DNA of 64,000 nucleotides from a plasmid: sequence record NZ_CP024444.1; one strand, 5' to 3'. Shown piece by piece: positions 60,182 to 64,000 of this stretch (position 1 is its first letter; each line of letters starts with the position of its first letter). The notes under the pieces were generated by a model. It saw only the letters and a program-made list of their open reading frames with translations, ran no database searches and was not told where the DNA came from. The position numbers and the translations under genes were made by a program.

Positions 60182-61180
60182 GTGCGTTTTCTATATGTTT
60201 CTAATATAAGCAATTTCGCAGCAACCTATGCATTAATGTATGCAATCAATAGAAAAATTATGATGCTATTTGAACCTGAAAAACCGAGTAGACAGGCTCC
60301 AAAATTTGAAACCTTGAGAAAATTATACGTGCTATCGGGTAATCTATGCGCCTATCCAGGGTGTAATAAATTATTGCTTGATGCAAATGCCAATTTCGTG
60401 GGTCAGATTTGCCACATAGAAGCTGCCAGCCCAGGTGGTGAACGCTTTAACCCTAATATGACCAATGAAGAGCGACGACATTTTGATAATTTGATGTTGA
60501 TGTGTTATGACCATCATATTGAAACGAATAAAGTAGCTGAATACCCCGTTGAACGGCTCAAAAGTTTCAAACGTGAACATGAAGCAAAATTTAGCACTGA
60601 AGCCTTAGTACAAAGCATCTTAAACAGCTTGCGCGATTACACAGAACACGGTGCAGATTTTGAAAAAGTTAAATCACTGGAAAATTTGTTTGATACTTTA
60701 TATCCCCAAAACAATCAATCACGTCGTCCGGTTGAAGAGATAGAAAGGGATTGCGATGCTTTTAATCAGACTATCGAACAATATTTAAAATTAAGTTTAC
60801 GAGCGCGAAAACTGTTCTTGATTGGGTTAAAGCATTCCCATCATCCCTTTTATACAAAGTGGCGTCTTGACACCGACGTATTGTATGTAGAGTTTTCGGA
60901 AATTGCCAATAAGCTTAATATGACATTCCGTTTAAATCGTGAAAATGATATTGGTTCGCTTGTCGATGAAATAGAGTCTAATGGGCTTATGCATGTGTCA
61001 GAGTTTGATTTAGGATATGATAGGATTGTTCATCGGTATACCTATACCGCTGTCAATCCTAAGCTAGAGGCTAGTGAGTTTATTTGGTTGTATATTAAGG
61101 ACTTCTGTGAGAAGACAAACAAAGATGTGGTAAGTTTTGTTAGCGATTTGGATTTTAGCGAACTGGATGAACCGATATAA
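60182..61180 (+). CDS. HNH-nuclease domain protein; the start may instead be at 60260.
   Basis: CAYPGCNKLL...GQICHIEAASPGG...NLMLMCYDHH fits the HNH pattern C..C...H...N...C..H. Confidence 0.5.
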   Translation: MRFLYVSNISNFAATYALMYAINRKIMMLFEPEKPSRQAPKFETLRKLYVLSGNLCAYPGCNKLLLDANANFVGQICHIEAASPGGERFNPNMTNEERRHFDNLMLMCYDHHIETNKVAEYPVERLKSFKREHEAKFSTEALVQSILNSLRDYTEHGADFEKVKSLENLFDTLYPQNNQSRRPVEEIERDCDAFNQTIEQYLKLSLRARKLFLIGLKHSHHPFYTKWRLDTDVLYVEFSEIANKLNMTFRLNRENDIGSLVDEIESNGLMHVSEFDLGYDRIVHRYTYTAVNPKLEASEFIWLYIKDFCEKTNKDVVSFVSDLDFSELDEPI

Positions 61181-61372
61181 CAAGACAATCGCTATTAAAA
61201 TCAGTCAAAAAAACATGTCAGTGTCGCACTGACATGTTCGCATGAGCTAATTGAGTAGTGGCTGTGATTAAATCAAAAATTGTTGTTACAGCAGTGTTGT
61301 ATCGATCGCCTACCGTCAGTTTAAATGTTTTATTAGTGGTATTAACATACCAAAATAGAGCCAAATTAAAAC

Positions 61373-62389
61373 CTATTCGATGTCAAAAAAGGGGAAATTA
61401 GATTGGAAAATAGGATGTTGTTGGTTTAAAAGACGTGTGTAAATTTCATTAAGATACGGGGTATTTTTAATAAATGTGAGATTTTTTTCATAAAAATCCG
61501 CCCAATTTACCCAATTCTTTTTATTATGCCCAAAACTTATATCAAATAAATCAAAGCACCATTCACCATATTCGCCATGCTCGGCTTTATTGATAACCTT
61601 TAAAGGGTGTTCTTTGCCTTCCAATAACCGCATGAACAGCTCACCATCGAGCACATACCCAAAGCAGTTAGGCATGGCATCGGCATGGGTTAACACGTAG
61701 ATGACCAAACTGAAAAATGCCGTCTTGTATGCCTGTTTTTCTGTTAAATTTTCATTAAGATAAATGTCGGTGGTGAAAAATTGGCACGTCCTGTCATTAT
61801 ATTGCTTGAGGATACCTAATTCGCCTGCCAAATTGTCACATCTAATCAAGTAAATATTAGTGAGTGTGTTGTAAGGGTCATCGGGTGTGATAATAAACTC
61901 TATCAGTTGGTCAAAACTATCAAAGTCCGGTAATTTCTTCGCCTGAAAAGGTCTACCTAGTCCAAACAACAACCAATCTTTGCTACAGCCAAAAATCTTG
62001 GCGATTTGTTTTAGGTCATCAAACTTAGGTTCAACACGCCCATCAAACCATGCTTCAACGTTACAAGCGGTGTCAAAGTCTAATTGATAGGCGAGTAGTG
62101 ATGGGTTTAATAACGGCATCTTGTGCAAATAATTGGCTTCATTCACCAGTAAATGTAATCGATTGGAAATATCAATCAAGCGATTGCTTTTTTGATAATT
62201 CTCAAAAAACTCATGTAAATCATGAGTTATCTGTTGCTGATTGCTTGGCGTCGGTGCGTTAAACGACGCCACTAGGCGGATATTTAATTCGTTATTTAAC
62301 GTGCGGTTATTTTTTTTGGCAATCGCATGAATTTTTTCTTTTAGCTCAATCGGCAATCTCAAATTGACTTGCACATCCGACTTTTTCAT
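61373..62389 (-). CDS. Protein with an N-terminal Arc/RHH-like DNA-binding motif and an unknown C-terminal domain.
   Basis: VNLRLPIELKEKIHAIAKKNNRTLNNELNIRL is Arc-like. Confidence 0.4.
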   Translation of the reverse strand: MKKSDVQVNLRLPIELKEKIHAIAKKNNRTLNNELNIRLVASFNAPTPSNQQQITHDLHEFFENYQKSNRLIDISNRLHLLVNEANYLHKMPLLNPSLLAYQLDFDTACNVEAWFDGRVEPKFDDLKQIAKIFGCSKDWLLFGLGRPFQAKKLPDFDSFDQLIEFIITPDDPYNTLTNIYLIRCDNLAGELGILKQYNDRTCQFFTTDIYLNENLTEKQAYKTAFFSLVIYVLTHADAMPNCFGYVLDGELFMRLLEGKEHPLKVINKAEHGEYGEWCFDLFDISFGHNKKNWVNWADFYEKNLTFIKNTPYLNEIYTRLLNQQHPIFQSNFPFFDIE

Positions 62390-62577
62390 TATTTATCTCG
62401 TTGTTCTTTAATCTCAACAGGTAATCTTATCGTGATCTCTTCATCTATGTTACTCATGGTTGTCCTTTATGGGCTAAAATAATTTAATAGAGCCGTCTAT
62501 CCGTGGGTTGGCCGTGTTTAGTGCCTAGTAACCAACTTAAATGCCATTTTATTGTCAGTTGGGTTTTTGGTTAAAAG

Positions 62578-63240
62578 CTAGTTAAATACCATCCAAATAC
62601 TGTAAAAAGCAGCAATCAACACGAATAATAATGCGACCCAAAAAGATGAATGGCTAAATTCTTTGTTGTTAGTTAAAAATGCTTGAAATTGACTTAGTTT
62701 TTGCTCGATAACGGGTCGTTTAACCACGTCCACGTGATAGTCAATCTGTCTTAACATCGCAAATTCTGTTTGACTATCAAAAAGCTTGTCGACATCATAA
62801 AAGACGCCATGGTCAATCACGCCAGTAGGCTTGGGCATCCCGTTAATGACCAGCTCTTGGGTCGCTTGCTCATAATTCAGGATTTTGTTATTTTTAAAAC
62901 GGTAGTACATCCAATCGTCACGATTATCACAATCAAAGAAATTATTAACCAATGAACTGGCTGTTTTAAAACTTGATACGTCAACGGTAGCACTGCTTTC
63001 TAAGCGAACAATATAAGCCTTAAATCGATTTTCATAATCATCATAGACATGGGTATCGTCTTCGACAAGAACATCACCTACTACCGTAATGGCAGCAAGC
63101 TGTGAGCAATGGTACATCACGGATATAGCATGATTGTTGTATTGCACACGGTTGGTTGCGTTGCCATCCATCTTCCCAAAAACGTAACATTCTAACTCTT
63201 TGAGCGCATCACGTTTTAATGTATAGCCGATTTTACCCAT
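62578..63240 (-). CDS. Hypothetical protein with a C-terminal transmembrane anchor.
   Basis: It is an ORF with a hydrophobic tail, FWVALLFVLIAAFYSIWMVF. Confidence 0.35.
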   Translation of the reverse strand: MGKIGYTLKRDALKELECYVFGKMDGNATNRVQYNNHAISVMYHCSQLAAITVVGDVLVEDDTHVYDDYENRFKAYIVRLESSATVDVSSFKTASSLVNNFFDCDNRDDWMYYRFKNNKILNYEQATQELVINGMPKPTGVIDHGVFYDVDKLFDSQTEFAMLRQIDYHVDVVKRPVIEQKLSQFQAFLTNNKEFSHSSFWVALLFVLIAAFYSIWMVFN

Positions 63241-63439
63241 ACTACACCTGTCTTTTTAGCTGTATTTTTCTACCAAAGACATGATTTTGCGCTCGTTTGG
63301 CCACAAAATATGATAATCACTACAAATTCTAAAATCGACCTTTTGGGCATTTTTGATGGCATCCCAGCTTTCTTTCTCAAACTCACTACTTAGCACAAAA
63401 CGCCCGGTAGTGTCAAAATAGTAAGTTTTAGATTAAAAT

Positions 63440-64000
63440 AAACGCATTTCATCACCAACAAAGATATTCCCCCTATGATAACCGAAGAACAAACCTACCA
63501 TTGCCGAAAATGCCAATCTACCAACGTTAGAAGAAATGGGTACAACAAAGCGAAAAGTGAACTATACCATTGTTATGACTGCAACTTTTACGGTGTCATG
63601 TACCCAAAAGTAAAATACAGCGAAGCACGCAAAGAAGAAATCATCAACGCTTATCATGAAAGAGCTAGTATGAGAGGCATACAACGGATCTATGGCACAG
63701 CGCCAGCCACGTTAAGCAACTGGTTAAAAAAAAGCCCAGATACCGACAATCCAACACCTACTACCTGCAAAACCTGATGACATTCTAGAACTTGACGAAA
63801 TGTGGACATTCGTACAGAAACGAGACAACAAACAATGGCTTTGGCTTGCCTTATGTCGTAGAACAAAACAAATAGTCGGTTATTATATTGGTGATAGAGG
63901 CATCAAAGCCTGTAAGCAATTTAGCGCAAACATTGCGCCAGGTTATCAAAACCTCATCACCAAAAGCGATATGTGGAAAGCCTATAATAAAACCTTTGAT
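63440..64000 (+). mobile_element. IS1-family element; the 5' part with InsA-like orfA (63475-63777) and the start of the frameshifted orfB run to the window edge.
   Basis: OrfA has a zinc finger CRKCQS...CYDCN and an HTH. The downstream frame carries DDE_Tnp_IS1-like DEMWTFV. Confidence 0.55.

Noticed and set aside
1-64000. Search by eye for tRNA, tmRNA or rRNA genes and for an integrase/attachment site that would define ICE borders.
   Set aside because: No cloverleaf-like GC-rich 75-90-nt segments or rRNA-like blocks were noticed. No tyrosine integrase was found. The element borders cannot be called from this window.

Overview
This 64-kb window is low-GC (about 40%) and looks like Moraxellaceae-type gammaproteobacterial DNA. 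It reads as a conjugative plasmid or ICE backbone that has been heavily colonised by insertion sequences. Positions 1-30.4 kb encode a transfer region resembling a type IVB (Dot/Icm, IncI-like) secretion system, with additional envelope and accessory proteins. At least ten of its genes are preceded by a conserved motif, TTAATTTTTAGCGAA-N(5-12)-AGAGG, roughly 20 nt before the start codon. The region also contains a solo IS605-family tnpB element with subterminal hairpins and a degenerate IS200-like tnpA homolog. At 30.6 kb an IS256-family element is split in two by a composite unit of about 26 kb (31264-57286). This unit is bounded by directly repeated IS3-family copies and flanked by a 4-bp ATTC duplication, with a third IS3 copy inside. 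It carries a complete hut operon, a high-GC aph(3') gene of about 68% GC that is bracketed by 171-bp direct repeats of an IS3-like 5' end, and a divergent low-GC aac(3)-I-like gene. It also carries a formamidase cluster, a vapBC pair and a serine recombinase. Beyond IS5 and IS1 elements, the backbone resumes with an RHH gene that carries the same upstream motif, an HNH-nuclease protein and convergent unknowns. No rRNA, tRNA or CRISPR features were found. All calls rest on reading motifs by eye, with no database searches.
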